Source: Bacillota bacterium (GTDB lineage Bacteria; Bacillota; Sulfobacillia; JBFMBV01). Taken from it: a DNA stretch of 64,000 bases. The stretch's first letter is position 1; each line of letters starts with the position of its first letter. The translations under genes and the position numbers were made by a program. The stretch is from NCBI GenBank assembly GCA_040755005.1, contig JBFMBV010000001.1:5692-69691 (forward strand), written 5' to 3'. The notes under the pieces were generated by a model. It had not been told where the DNA came from and made no database searches. It worked only from the letters and a program-made list of their open reading frames with translations. This document shows, piece after piece, positions 48,862 to 57,889 of this stretch.

Positions 48862-49332
48862 CTACTTGGTGTACTTGTCGGCGACCTTGGAGGCCCCAAA
48901 GGAGTTTGGTTTGATCTTGGCGTCGAAGCCGCTGTACACCACCATACTCACGATCTCGCGAATGAGGTCCTTGGTCTCACCCTGCTGGCCTACATCGATA
49001 TGGATCTCCACGTTCACATTGGCGTGCCCGTTTTCGGCCAGACACTCGGCCAATTTCGAACCGACGCCTAGACTGAGTGAGGTCTCATAGTAGATGCGCT
49101 GCCGCAGGCTCGGCATGGCCCGCTGCCGCCGCCGCCGATAGTAGTACCTCGCCCCTTTGCCCACACGGTGCACGATGACGGCGGTGACAAAGGCGATGTC
49201 GTCGCGGGAATGGGAGTCGGTCCCCACGATCAGCCGATAATCGTCATTGGGGGATGCGTGGACGTAGTCCATGATATCGGTGAACATCCGCTCAAAGGTC
49301 ATCACCCCTTTGGTCGGACTGGTGAAAGTCAT
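48862..49332 (-). CDS. DUF458/YkuK-like RNase-H-fold protein
   Basis: YRLIVGTDSH, HRVGKGA, EIHIDVG and C-terminal KPNSFGASKVADKYTK pattern; overlaps the ksgA stop. Confidence 0.5.
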   Translation of the reverse strand: MTFTSPTKGVMTFERMFTDIMDYVHASPNDDYRLIVGTDSHSRDDIAFVTAVIVHRVGKGARYYYRRRRQRAMPSLRQRIYYETSLSLGVGSKLAECLAENGHANVNVEIHIDVGQQGETKDLIREIVSMVVYSGFDAKIKPNSFGASKVADKYTK

Positions 49333-50180
49333 GGGCCTTCCCCCTTCAGAACCGCGGCCAGTGCGCCGAATTCCCCCAGCGACAGCGTCTCCCCGCGCCT
49401 GCCGCTGTCGATCCCGGCCACCGCGAGGGCTGCGGCCGCCATCTCCTTATCCATGTCCAGCCCGGCGGCCAAGGCATTCAGCAACGTCTTGCGGCGCTGG
49501 CCGAATGCCGCCTTGACCACCCGCGACAGCTCGCCCTTGTCCGCTGAGATGCGCGGCTGAGGGAGGCGGTCGACGGTGATGATGGCCGACTCCACTTCGG
49601 GCCGCGGCCAGAAAGCCTGGGACGGGACCTGCGCCGCCAGGCTGACCCGGGCCTGGTAAGCTGCCATCACTGTCAACGCGCCGTAGTCTTTGCCCCCGGG
49701 TGGCGCGAGCAGCCGCGCGGCGACCTCTCGCTGTACCATCAACACTAGTCTGCTGAAGGCTGGGTCCCCTTCAAGCAGGCGGAAGATGAGGGGAGTGGTT
49801 ATGTAGTAGGGCAGATTGCCCGCGGCCTTGCACGACGCTGGCGCCCCGGCTTCGCGCCAGAGGCCATGGAAGTCGGCCTTCAGCGCATCTCCGTGTACCA
49901 GCCGGACGTTGTCCAGGCCAGCCAGGGTCTCCGCCAGAGGCGTGAGCAGACCTTTGTCGACTTCGATGGCGGTGACCAGCCGGGCCGAACCGGCCAAGGC
50001 CCCCGTCAGGACACCGAGCCCGGGACCAATCTCCAGGACCCAGTCCTCAGGTCCTGGCTCTAAGGCCTGCACCAGCTTGCGCAGGATGTTCCCGTCGACG
50101 AGGAAGTGCTGGCCCAGAGCCCGCTGGGGCCTGAGGCCGTGCCGCTGGAGCAGGGACTGCACTTGCGCGGGACTGGCCAG
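49329..50180 (-). CDS. rsmA: 16S rRNA (adenine1518/1519-N6)-dimethyltransferase
   Basis: LGQHFLVD and SAM motif VLEIGPGLGVLT; start uncertain (no in-frame ATG; CTG at 50180 or GTG at 50162); the track start at 50345 lies inside yabE. Confidence 0.8.
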   Translation of the reverse strand: MASPAQVQSLLQRHGLRPQRALGQHFLVDGNILRKLVQALEPGPEDWVLEIGPGLGVLTGALAGSARLVTAIEVDKGLLTPLAETLAGLDNVRLVHGDALKADFHGLWREAGAPASCKAAGNLPYYITTPLIFRLLEGDPAFSRLVLMVQREVAARLLAPPGGKDYGALTVMAAYQARVSLAAQVPSQAFWPRPEVESAIITVDRLPQPRISADKGELSRVVKAAFGQRRKTLLNALAAGLDMDKEMAAAALAVAGIDSGRRGETLSLGEFGALAAVLKGEGP

Positions 50181-50229
50181 CCCGACCTTAAGTCCCTCCC
50201 AATAGGTAGTCTGTGCCTCAGACGGCAAG

Positions 50230-51240
50230 CTAGTCGAGGATGAACACCTTGACCCGCTTGATGCCCCACCGCATGGCCTCGGGCACGGTATTGAAGCAGA
50301 CGTCGACGCGGTTCCCTTTGATGGCCCCGCCGACGTCGCCGGCAATGGCGAACCCGTAACCGTCCACGTACAACTTGGTCCTCAGCGGGATCACCTTCGG
50401 GTCGACCGCCACGATGCCGGGGCCCGCCACGAGCCCGATGGCCGTATACCCGTCGGCCCACTTGCCCGTGCTCTCCGGTCCCGGGGTGTAGGCTGTGGCC
50501 GTGGCCTCCAGGGCCCGGGAGAAGCGGATGACCTGCCCGTCCCTGTGGACCTGCGTCAGCGTCCCCACGCCTATCAGCCTGTCAATGGGTCCGCTGACCA
50601 CCTTACGGGCGATGAGTTCCTTTCCGGCCACCCTGCCATCCTCATAGCGCACCTTGACGGTGAGTTCCTCACTGCCGTCCCGTCCGGGGCGGAGCACCCT
50701 GGTCAGGCCTAGTTCCAGCGAAGGGTCATCCCGCCGCTGGGTCCCGCGGGGCAAGGTCGTGGCTTCGGTCCGCACCGCGAAGGTGACCCCGATGATATGC
50801 ACTATCGCCTCGGGCATGTGGTCCAGGGCAGCCGCCGGCATCCACTCGGTGAACAGCAGGTCGTGGGGACCCACCGGGAACCCGGCGGCGGCCGCGATCT
50901 GCCAGACATCGTCAGCCGCCGTGCGGACCAAGGCCGTCTCCGGCCCTTTCGCTACTCCCAGGATGCGGCCCCGGATAACTGAGACTTCCGATAGTCCCCT
51001 TACCCCTGCGGTCGCGAAGACAGCGTCGCCCTCCGACAGTGTCACGCCTGCTTGTCTCAGCACCGCCTCCGGCTCGGTCCAGGCGCTCCTCACCGTGAAC
51101 CGGCGCCCTTCCACGGCTATCGCCACTTCCGGGAAGGCAGCCACCAGCGTAAGGTGGAGGAACGCCAGCAGGGCTGCGGACAGCCATAGGTAAGTGTCGA
51201 GTCGCCGCACTGAGGACCACCTCCCGCAGCCGCAGGCCAA
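50230..51240 (-). CDS. YabE-like protein (DUF348/G5 plus C-terminal 3D domain)
   Basis: Signal-anchor YLWLSAALLAFL; C-terminal 3D motif PLRTKLYVDGYGFAIAGDVGGAIKGNRVDVCF. Confidence 0.7.
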   Translation of the reverse strand: MACGCGRWSSVRRLDTYLWLSAALLAFLHLTLVAAFPEVAIAVEGRRFTVRSAWTEPEAVLRQAGVTLSEGDAVFATAGVRGLSEVSVIRGRILGVAKGPETALVRTAADDVWQIAAAAGFPVGPHDLLFTEWMPAAALDHMPEAIVHIIGVTFAVRTEATTLPRGTQRRDDPSLELGLTRVLRPGRDGSEELTVKVRYEDGRVAGKELIARKVVSGPIDRLIGVGTLTQVHRDGQVIRFSRALEATATAYTPGPESTGKWADGYTAIGLVAGPGIVAVDPKVIPLRTKLYVDGYGFAIAGDVGGAIKGNRVDVCFNTVPEAMRWGIKRVKVFILD

Positions 51241-51407
51241 GATGTTGCACCCTTTCTACGGAGGCACTGACTTATCCTGTTTACCAGTTCATGGCAGGGA
51301 AGTACCCGCCCGCACGGCGCTTTGGTGTATCCGGTCAGTCTAGGAAGGACTTTCCTGTATTGGCTACTAAGTACTCCTGCTGCAACCACAAGGGAGGTAG
51401 GGGAGAT

Positions 51408-53102
51408 TTGGGAGCACGAACTACGAGGGTAGCGCCGTGCCTGCGGACAGCGCTTGCGGAGGCCGAACGTGCCCGCGAGACGCTGGCCGAGGAACTGCGG
51501 GTCATAGGCCAGCTACACAGCATCACCACCAAGGTCATGCGGCATGGTGAATGGAGGGAGGTGCTCCTCGGCATCCTCGATGCGGCCCTGGCCATAACGC
51601 ACGCAGACATGGGGGACGTGCAATTGCTCGATGCGGAAGCGAACTGCCTCAGGATAATTGTGGCAAGAGGGTTCGACGAGGCATTCCTGGACAGCCTCCG
51701 TGCAGTCTATCCCCACACCCGTACCTCGTGTGCCGCGGCCTGGCAGCAGGGCAGGCGGATAGTGATCGAGGACATGAGCAGGAGCGACCTCTTCGCAGGC
51801 ACACTCGAGCTAGAGCTGCACACCCGCGCCGGCAGCCGGGCTGTCCAGTCAACTCCGATCTGCTCGCGCTCAGGGGAGGTCCTGGGCATGTTCTCAACGC
51901 ACTACCGGGTCCCTACCACAGTGAGCGCAAGGGACATGGAACTCTTGGATATGCTGGCCCGCCACGCCGGGGATATCATCGCCTGGCACCTGGCCGAGCA
52001 GTCGAAGGTGGAAGCCCAGCTCCTTGCCGAGCAGCGGGCGACGGAGTTCGAAGCCTTGTTCAACTCAATCGGCGAAGCAGTCTTTCTGGCTGACGAGGCT
52101 GGAGCGATCATCTCGCTCAATCCGGCGGCCAAGCGGTTAGCGGGACTTGACGATACCCCGACTCCGTACGCAGCAGTCAGGATGTCCAGCATGCTGGGGC
52201 TGAGCGAGGCAGCTGGCGGTAAGCACCCCGAAGAGACGCCTATGTCCAGGGCGTTACGGGGTGAAGCTTTCGTGAACATGCCCTACCGCTTCGTAAACCT
52301 GCAGGGGCGCGAGATCGAGGCTTTGACCTCGGGCGGCAAGATTGAGACACCGGTAGGTGCCAAGGCATACACGCTGTGCCGCGACATCACTGACCTTCGC
52401 CGCCTCGAGCGGAACAAGGAGGAGTTCATGCAGGTCGTGAGCCACGAAATCCGCAACCCCCTCCAGGTGCTGAAAGGGTTGGTCCAGCTGATAGACCTGA
52501 AGCTGGATGACCAGAGTAGGCGCTCGCTCGGGAAACACCTACACTCCCTGCACAGTCAGGTGAACTATCTCGCCGCGCTGGCTGACGACATCCTTACCGC
52601 CTACAGGCTGGGCACTGGCAAGATGGCAATTGAAGTCCGTGAGACGCACCTCTTGGATACCCTGGCGGAGGTGGTGTCCCCTCATCTCCACGAAGGCACT
52701 CACAACCTCACGACCGAGTACTCAGTCCCGCCTGCCCTACGCGTGAGGGCGGACCCGCAACGGCTCATCCAGATCGTGTCAAACTTGCTCAGCAATGCCC
52801 GCAAGTACACTCCGGAAGGCAAAGGCATCTGGGTCAAGGCGTCTGTTGAGGACTGGGTTGCGGTTGTGCGCATCGAAGACGAAGGCATAGGCATTCCCGC
52901 AGACCAGAGGGAGAAGGTCTTCGAAGGCTTCGTGCGGGCGCACAACGTGACCGAGTGGAGGTCAGGCGGGATAGGCCTGGGCCTCTATATCAGCAGGAAC
53001 TTGGCGCGCAGGATGGGTGGGGACATCTATGCTGAGCAACGTCTGGGTGGTGGAACAGCAATGGTGCTCAAGCTGCCTCTCGCTGCCTCACAGTCCGAGT
53101 AA
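51408..53102 (+). CDS. orphan GAF-PAS sensor histidine kinase (soluble)
   Basis: TTG start after GGGAGGTAGGGGAG; GAF; PAS; HisKA VSHEIRNPL; HATPase GGIGLGLYISRNLARRMGG; no response regulator adjacent. Confidence 0.8.
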   Translation: MGARTTRVAPCLRTALAEAERARETLAEELRVIGQLHSITTKVMRHGEWREVLLGILDAALAITHADMGDVQLLDAEANCLRIIVARGFDEAFLDSLRAVYPHTRTSCAAAWQQGRRIVIEDMSRSDLFAGTLELELHTRAGSRAVQSTPICSRSGEVLGMFSTHYRVPTTVSARDMELLDMLARHAGDIIAWHLAEQSKVEAQLLAEQRATEFEALFNSIGEAVFLADEAGAIISLNPAAKRLAGLDDTPTPYAAVRMSSMLGLSEAAGGKHPEETPMSRALRGEAFVNMPYRFVNLQGREIEALTSGGKIETPVGAKAYTLCRDITDLRRLERNKEEFMQVVSHEIRNPLQVLKGLVQLIDLKLDDQSRRSLGKHLHSLHSQVNYLAALADDILTAYRLGTGKMAIEVRETHLLDTLAEVVSPHLHEGTHNLTTEYSVPPALRVRADPQRLIQIVSNLLSNARKYTPEGKGIWVKASVEDWVAVVRIEDEGIGIPADQREKVFEGFVRAHNVTEWRSGGIGLGLYISRNLARRMGGDIYAEQRLGGGTAMVLKLPLAASQSE

Positions 53103-53861
53103 GGGAAACAGCTTGAGCGCATTGGCAGTGGTGGCGCCTGCGACGTCATTGACCGGCAACCCGCGCAAGTCGGCCAGGCGTCGCAGGACTTCGGCGACCA
53201 AAGCAGGTTCGTTCCGATCGCCCCGCCTGGACTGGGGCGCCAGATACGGACAGTCGGTCTCCACCAGCAGCCTATCCAGTGGCGCCTTCTGGGCTACATC
53301 CCGTAGGGCGTGGCTGCCTGGATAGGTGAGTGGCCCTGCCAGCCCAAGGTAGAAGCCCATGTCCAAGGCCCGCCGGGCCACACCCCAATCCCCTGAGAAG
53401 CAGTGCAGTACGCCTGGCAGCCCCCGTCCTTCGCTCCCGAGCACGTCGAGGATGTCAGCATGGGCGTCGCGGTCGTGCACGATCACCGGCAAGTCCGCGT
53501 CCCGGGCCAGGCCCAACTGCCTGGCGAAGACCTCCCGCTGGACAGGCCGGGGGGACAGGTCGCGGTAGTAATCGAGCCCCATCTCACCGACAGCCACTAC
53601 GGCGGCATCTGCCAGGAGCCCTAGCAGGGCGTCCCAGTCCGCCAACTTGACCTTGGCTGCGTCATGGGGATGCACGCCGACCGCCGCCTTCACCATGGAC
53701 GTGCGGCTGGCCAACCGCACCGACTGCCGGGAGGAGGCGAGGTCGAAGCCGACATTGATGATGGCTGCCACCCCAGCGTTGCGGGCCCGATCCAACACAT
53801 CGGCCAGGTCCCCCCTGAAGCGTGGCCCATCAAGGTGGGCGTGGGTGTCCACCACCCGCAT
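53088..53861 (-). CDS. tatD: TatD-family deoxyribonuclease
   Basis: MRVVDTHAHLD; 257 aa. Confidence 0.9.
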   Translation of the reverse strand: MRVVDTHAHLDGPRFRGDLADVLDRARNAGVAAIINVGFDLASSRQSVRLASRTSMVKAAVGVHPHDAAKVKLADWDALLGLLADAAVVAVGEMGLDYYRDLSPRPVQREVFARQLGLARDADLPVIVHDRDAHADILDVLGSEGRGLPGVLHCFSGDWGVARRALDMGFYLGLAGPLTYPGSHALRDVAQKAPLDRLLVETDCPYLAPQSRRGDRNEPALVAEVLRRLADLRGLPVNDVAGATTANALKLFPLLGL

Positions 53862-55763
53862 CTACTTCACCTCACTGCCGGACACGACGGGACGGTCCGG
53901 GGTGAGCACGGCCAAGCCGGTCGCATCGGACGCGGCCAGCAGCATGCCCCGAGACTCCAACCCGCGGATCTTCGCAGGTTTGAGGTTGGCCACCACCACG
54001 ACGGACTTGCCGATGAGGTCCTCGGGCCGGTAGTGCTCGGCGATGCCCGCCACGATCTGCCGCTCCTCCCCTGCCAGGGTGACTTGGAGTCTGAGCAACT
54101 TGTCTGCGCCCTGCACCCGTTCTGCCTCGACCACCACGGCGGTGCGCAGGTCGACCTGGCGGAAGGCCTCGATGTCCAGCAGGGCCCCAGCGGCCTCGGG
54201 GAGCGCAGTCTGGGCAACGGCCTTTGGCGCCTCGATCTCGATCCGGGGGAACAACGGACTCCCCCTCTGGATGGCGAGCCCCGGTTCGAGCAGCCCCCAG
54301 GTGGCAGCGTCCCGCCAGGTGGCCTCCGCGATGTCTGCGGTCAGGCCTAGCTGCTGCCAGATGCGCGCCGGCGCCTCAGGCAGGAAGGGGCTAAGCATCA
54401 CCGCTACCGCCCGCAGGGTCTCGGCCAGGTTGTACAGGACTGTATGCAGGCGCTCCCGCCTGCCGGGGTCCTTGGCCAGGTCCCAGGGGGCCTCCCGGTC
54501 GATATACTTGTTGGCCGCGCCGACCAACCGGAAAATGGCCCCCGTCGCATCTTGCAGGGCCAGATTGTCCATGGCCGCGGCGACTTGGTCGGCGGTAGCC
54601 GCCAGCTGCCTTGAGAGCTGGCCATCATCGGCAGCCGCGGAGGGCTCAGGGATGCGGCCGCCGGCGAAGCGCTCGAGCACGGCCAGGGTACGATGGACGA
54701 GGTTGCCCAGGTCATTGGCTAGATCCACGTTGATGCGCCTGATTAGGGCCTCCTCACTGTAATCGCCGTCAGCGCCGAAGGGGACTTCCCTGAGCAGGAA
54801 ATGCCGCACCGCGTCGACCCCATACTGCTCGACCAGCTTGATTGGGTCGATCACGTTCCCCCTGGATTTGGACATCTTCTCGCCAGCAAGGTTGAGCCAG
54901 CCGTGGCCATAGACCCGCTTCGGCAGGGGCAGTCCGAGGGCCATCAGGATGATCGGCCAGATCACCGCATGGAAACGTACGATCTCTTTGCCCATCAGGT
55001 GGACATCGGCCGGCCAGTAGCGCTGGAACAGGTCCCCCCCAGGCGGCCAGCCCAGTACCGTGATGTAGTTGGCGAGGGCATCGAACCAGACGTAGATGAC
55101 ATGCTTGGGGTCCCCGGGTACCGGGATCCCCCAGTTCAGCTTGGTGCGGGAGACACAGATGTCCTCCAGACCCTGCTTGATGAAGCTGACCATCTCATTC
55201 CGGCGCGACGCCGGCTGGATGAAGTCAGGGTGCGCTGCGATATGGTCCAGCAGCCGCTGCTGGTATTTGGACAGCTTGAAGAAGTAGCTCTCCTCCCGGA
55301 CGAGCTCCACCTGGCGTTTGCAGTCGGGGCACTTGCCGGCGTCCAACTGGCGCTCCAGCCAAAAGGTCTCACACGGGGTGCAGTACCAGCCTGCGTACTC
55401 ACCCAGGTAGATGTCCCCATTGGCTTGGATCCGCTTGAAGATCTCGCCCACGGCGTGCACATGCCGCGGCTCGGTGGTGCGGATGAAGTCGTCATACGCG
55501 ATGTGCAACGCCCGCCACAGTGGGACGATCTTGGCCACGATGCCGTCAACGAACTGCTGCGGCCCCATCCCCTGTTCGGCCGCACTGCGCTCCACCTTCT
55601 GGCTGTGCTCGTCGGTCCCGGTGACGAAGTAGGCGTCGTAGCCCTGCAGCCTCCTAAAGCGCGTGATGGCATCGGCGGCCACAGTGGTGTAGGCGTGGCC
55701 GATGTGCAGGTCGGCGCTGGGATAATAGATCGGGGTCGTGACATAATATCGCGGTCTGGCCAT
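53862..55763 (-). CDS. metG: methionyl-tRNA synthetase with C-terminal tRNA-binding domain
   Basis: HIGHAYT and KMSKS motifs; start MARPRYY with GGAGGG RBS. Confidence 0.95.
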   Translation of the reverse strand: MARPRYYVTTPIYYPSADLHIGHAYTTVAADAITRFRRLQGYDAYFVTGTDEHSQKVERSAAEQGMGPQQFVDGIVAKIVPLWRALHIAYDDFIRTTEPRHVHAVGEIFKRIQANGDIYLGEYAGWYCTPCETFWLERQLDAGKCPDCKRQVELVREESYFFKLSKYQQRLLDHIAAHPDFIQPASRRNEMVSFIKQGLEDICVSRTKLNWGIPVPGDPKHVIYVWFDALANYITVLGWPPGGDLFQRYWPADVHLMGKEIVRFHAVIWPIILMALGLPLPKRVYGHGWLNLAGEKMSKSRGNVIDPIKLVEQYGVDAVRHFLLREVPFGADGDYSEEALIRRINVDLANDLGNLVHRTLAVLERFAGGRIPEPSAAADDGQLSRQLAATADQVAAAMDNLALQDATGAIFRLVGAANKYIDREAPWDLAKDPGRRERLHTVLYNLAETLRAVAVMLSPFLPEAPARIWQQLGLTADIAEATWRDAATWGLLEPGLAIQRGSPLFPRIEIEAPKAVAQTALPEAAGALLDIEAFRQVDLRTAVVVEAERVQGADKLLRLQVTLAGEERQIVAGIAEHYRPEDLIGKSVVVVANLKPAKIRGLESRGMLLAASDATGLAVLTPDRPVVSGSEVK

Positions 55764-55945
55764 GGGCACCCTCCTCACATAGCGTCACCGGCGGCAAACA
55801 GCCCCCATCCCGCGAGGGACGGGGGCCGCGCAAGCCACCGTGTTACCACCTTGTTTCGCCCCGGCCTTGGGCGCGGGCTCCCACCTTCCCGGCTCGCTTC
55901 CGCCCTGCACCGCGGGTACTCATCCCTATCGCAGCCTGTATGGGA
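55764..55945 (-). promoter_or_regulatory. T-box leader (tRNA-Met sensing) upstream of metG
   Basis: Minus strand GGATGAGTAC (possible AUG specifier), T-box-like AAGGTGGTAACACGGTG, then terminator GCCCCCGTCCC-tcgc-GGGATGGGGGC and TGTTTG, then the RBS. Confidence 0.55.
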
Positions 55946-55948
55946 TTG

Positions 55949-55978
55949 ATTGTAAGGCCGGCGGGCCCTCGCTGTCAA
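55949..55978 (-). promoter_or_regulatory. sigma-A promoter for the metG leader
   Basis: Minus strand TTGACA, 18 nt, TACAAT; overlaps the GNAT gene stop. Confidence 0.5.
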
Positions 55979-56790
55979 GTTACGGGGTCCAGCCGGTAGA
56001 TAGCCCGGTTGCCGTAGGGGACGAAACCCAGCTTGGCATAGACCGGCAGGCCCTGGGCCGTGGCCTGGAGGACTGCGGTCCGGCAGCCCATGACCCTGGC
56101 AGCACGCAGGGCAGCCAAGGTCATGGCCGTGCCGATGCCCCTCCGCCGGTGTCCAGCGTTGGTGCCGACGCCGTATACGCCCGCTACCCCGGCTCCGCAC
56201 ACCAGCGTCGAGCAGGCGACCGCCTCCCCCTGCACGGTGCCTAGATAGTGACGAGCCGGCGCGTCGTGCCGCAGGTTGGCCCCTCCCCAGCAGGCCAGGC
56301 TCTCCGTGAGGATCTCCCCGGTCAGCCCGAAGACCGTCTCCCAGACCCTGCCCAACGACTGTAGGTCCGCTGTATCAGTCACCCGGCGCAGCTCCAAGCC
56401 GACGGGGAGCGCCGCCCCCAATGGCTCCCAAGTCAGTTCCCTAGCCATGCAGGTGCTGTGGCTATGCGGGCGGAAACCCTGTCCGGAAAGGAGCTCCTGC
56501 AGCTCCCCGTCCACTTCCCCTGGCCACAGCACCCAATAGGGGACACGGGCGTGCCACCGAAACCCGGCGGCGACCGCTTGCACCTGGTGCGCCTCCACCC
56601 TGCCGCGGACGGCCAGGACCATGTTGACGATGGGGTGGGGGATCGCGCCGTGGACATAGCAGACACCATGCTCCTCCACCAGCCGGAGCGTGCCGGTTCC
56701 TTGGGACATCGCCCTGAAGTAGTCGACGAAATTCCCGCGTCCCGCCTCGACCAGTGCCTCGGCGGGCAGGCTTGTCTGAGCCCAGGCCAC
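55975..56790 (-). CDS. GNAT-family N-acetyltransferase
   Basis: Acetyl-CoA motif HRRRGIGTAM and C-terminal GFVPYG. Confidence 0.75.
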   Translation of the reverse strand: MAWAQTSLPAEALVEAGRGNFVDYFRAMSQGTGTLRLVEEHGVCYVHGAIPHPIVNMVLAVRGRVEAHQVQAVAAGFRWHARVPYWVLWPGEVDGELQELLSGQGFRPHSHSTCMARELTWEPLGAALPVGLELRRVTDTADLQSLGRVWETVFGLTGEILTESLACWGGANLRHDAPARHYLGTVQGEAVACSTLVCGAGVAGVYGVGTNAGHRRRGIGTAMTLAALRAARVMGCRTAVLQATAQGLPVYAKLGFVPYGNRAIYRLDPVT

Positions 56791-56922
56791 TGTAGGATCC
56801 CTCCCTGCGCCTCGACCCCAACCGGCACTGTCGGCACCGGCTCGCCAGCCTACCCCGACCGCAGGTAGCTGAGTTGTGTGGAATACTTAATGAAAAAAAG
56901 AGGCCAAATAACAAAAAAGGGG

Positions 56923-56951
56923 TTGACGCAAATTTACATATCTGGTACAAT
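56923..56951 (+). promoter_or_regulatory. sigma-A promoter of abrB within an AT-rich island
   Basis: TTGACG, 17 nt, TACAAT, preceded by an A-tract (aatgaaaaaaagaggccaaataacaaaaaa). Confidence 0.6.
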
Positions 56952-57003
56952 CCGCACAGGTCGGTGTCGAAATATGTAGCTGGGGAGGGAACCGAAGACC
57001 AAG

Positions 57004-57255
57004 ATGATGAAATCCACTGGGGTCGTTCGCAAAGTCGACGAATTGGGCCGCGTGGTCATCCCGATCGAGCTGAGACGGACGTTCGGTATCGAAGAAAAGG
57101 ACGCGCTGGAGATTTACGTTGACGCCGACAAGATCATCCTCAAGAAGTACGAGCCTGCATGCATCTTCTGCGGGAATGCCTACGATGTAGAGACTTTCCG
57201 CGGCAAGAAGATCTGCCGCAGCTGCATCGAAGCGATGCAGGGTAAGGCTGTTTGA
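57004..57255 (+). CDS. abrB: transition-state regulator AbrB
   Basis: MMKSTGVVRKVDELGRVVIPIELRRTFGIEEKDALEIYVD SpoVT/AbrB swapped-hairpin domain. Confidence 0.9.
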   Translation: MMKSTGVVRKVDELGRVVIPIELRRTFGIEEKDALEIYVDADKIILKKYEPACIFCGNAYDVETFRGKKICRSCIEAMQGKAV

Positions 57256-57384
57256 CGCGTCCGGCGGGGGCCCTGGCGGCCCTCGCTTTGGTTTGGGGCC
57301 ACATGGCCGGGTGTCACCCAGGGCTATACTTCGCTCGTAGGAACGGTTATCCTCCTGTTCCGGTTCAGAAGGGGGGCAGAGACT

Positions 57385-57876
57385 GTGCCGCGTAGACTGC
57401 TCTGCCTGAGCGGGCCATCAGGGGCCGGCAAGACCACCCTGGGCGAGCTCCTGGTCGAGGCGCTGGTACGAAGGGGTCTAAGCGTAGCAGTGGTCAAGCA
57501 CACCCACCATCCCCTGCCAGGCGACACCGCAGAGTCCGACACTGGCCGCTACGCGGCCGCGGGGGCTGCCGCTGTCGCCTTGGCCGGCCCAGGCGGCCTG
57601 AGGCTGTTCCTGGCGGGGGAGGATCCGTCACCGGCGGTCCTGTCAGGGCTGTTTCCCGCGGTGGATCTCGTCCTACTGGAAGGATACAAAGGCAGCGACC
57701 TGCCCAAGGTCGAAGTGCTGCCCAGGGGCAGCCCGGCCCCAGACCCTGAGCGCCAAGGGATCATCGCCGTGGTGGGAGAGGCAGTGACAGAGGACAGGTT
57801 CCCCGCTTTCCGCCCGGATGAGCTCGAGCGGTTGGCCGGTTTCGTCGCGACCTGGCTGGCCGGGAGTGGGGAGTGA
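57385..57876 (+). CDS. mobB: molybdopterin-guanine dinucleotide biosynthesis protein B
   Basis: GTG start; P-loop CLSGPSGAGKTTL. Confidence 0.8.
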   Translation: MPRRLLCLSGPSGAGKTTLGELLVEALVRRGLSVAVVKHTHHPLPGDTAESDTGRYAAAGAAAVALAGPGGLRLFLAGEDPSPAVLSGLFPAVDLVLLEGYKGSDLPKVEVLPRGSPAPDPERQGIIAVVGEAVTEDRFPAFRPDELERLAGFVATWLAGSGE

Positions 57877-57889
57877 CAGGAGGGGGCGC

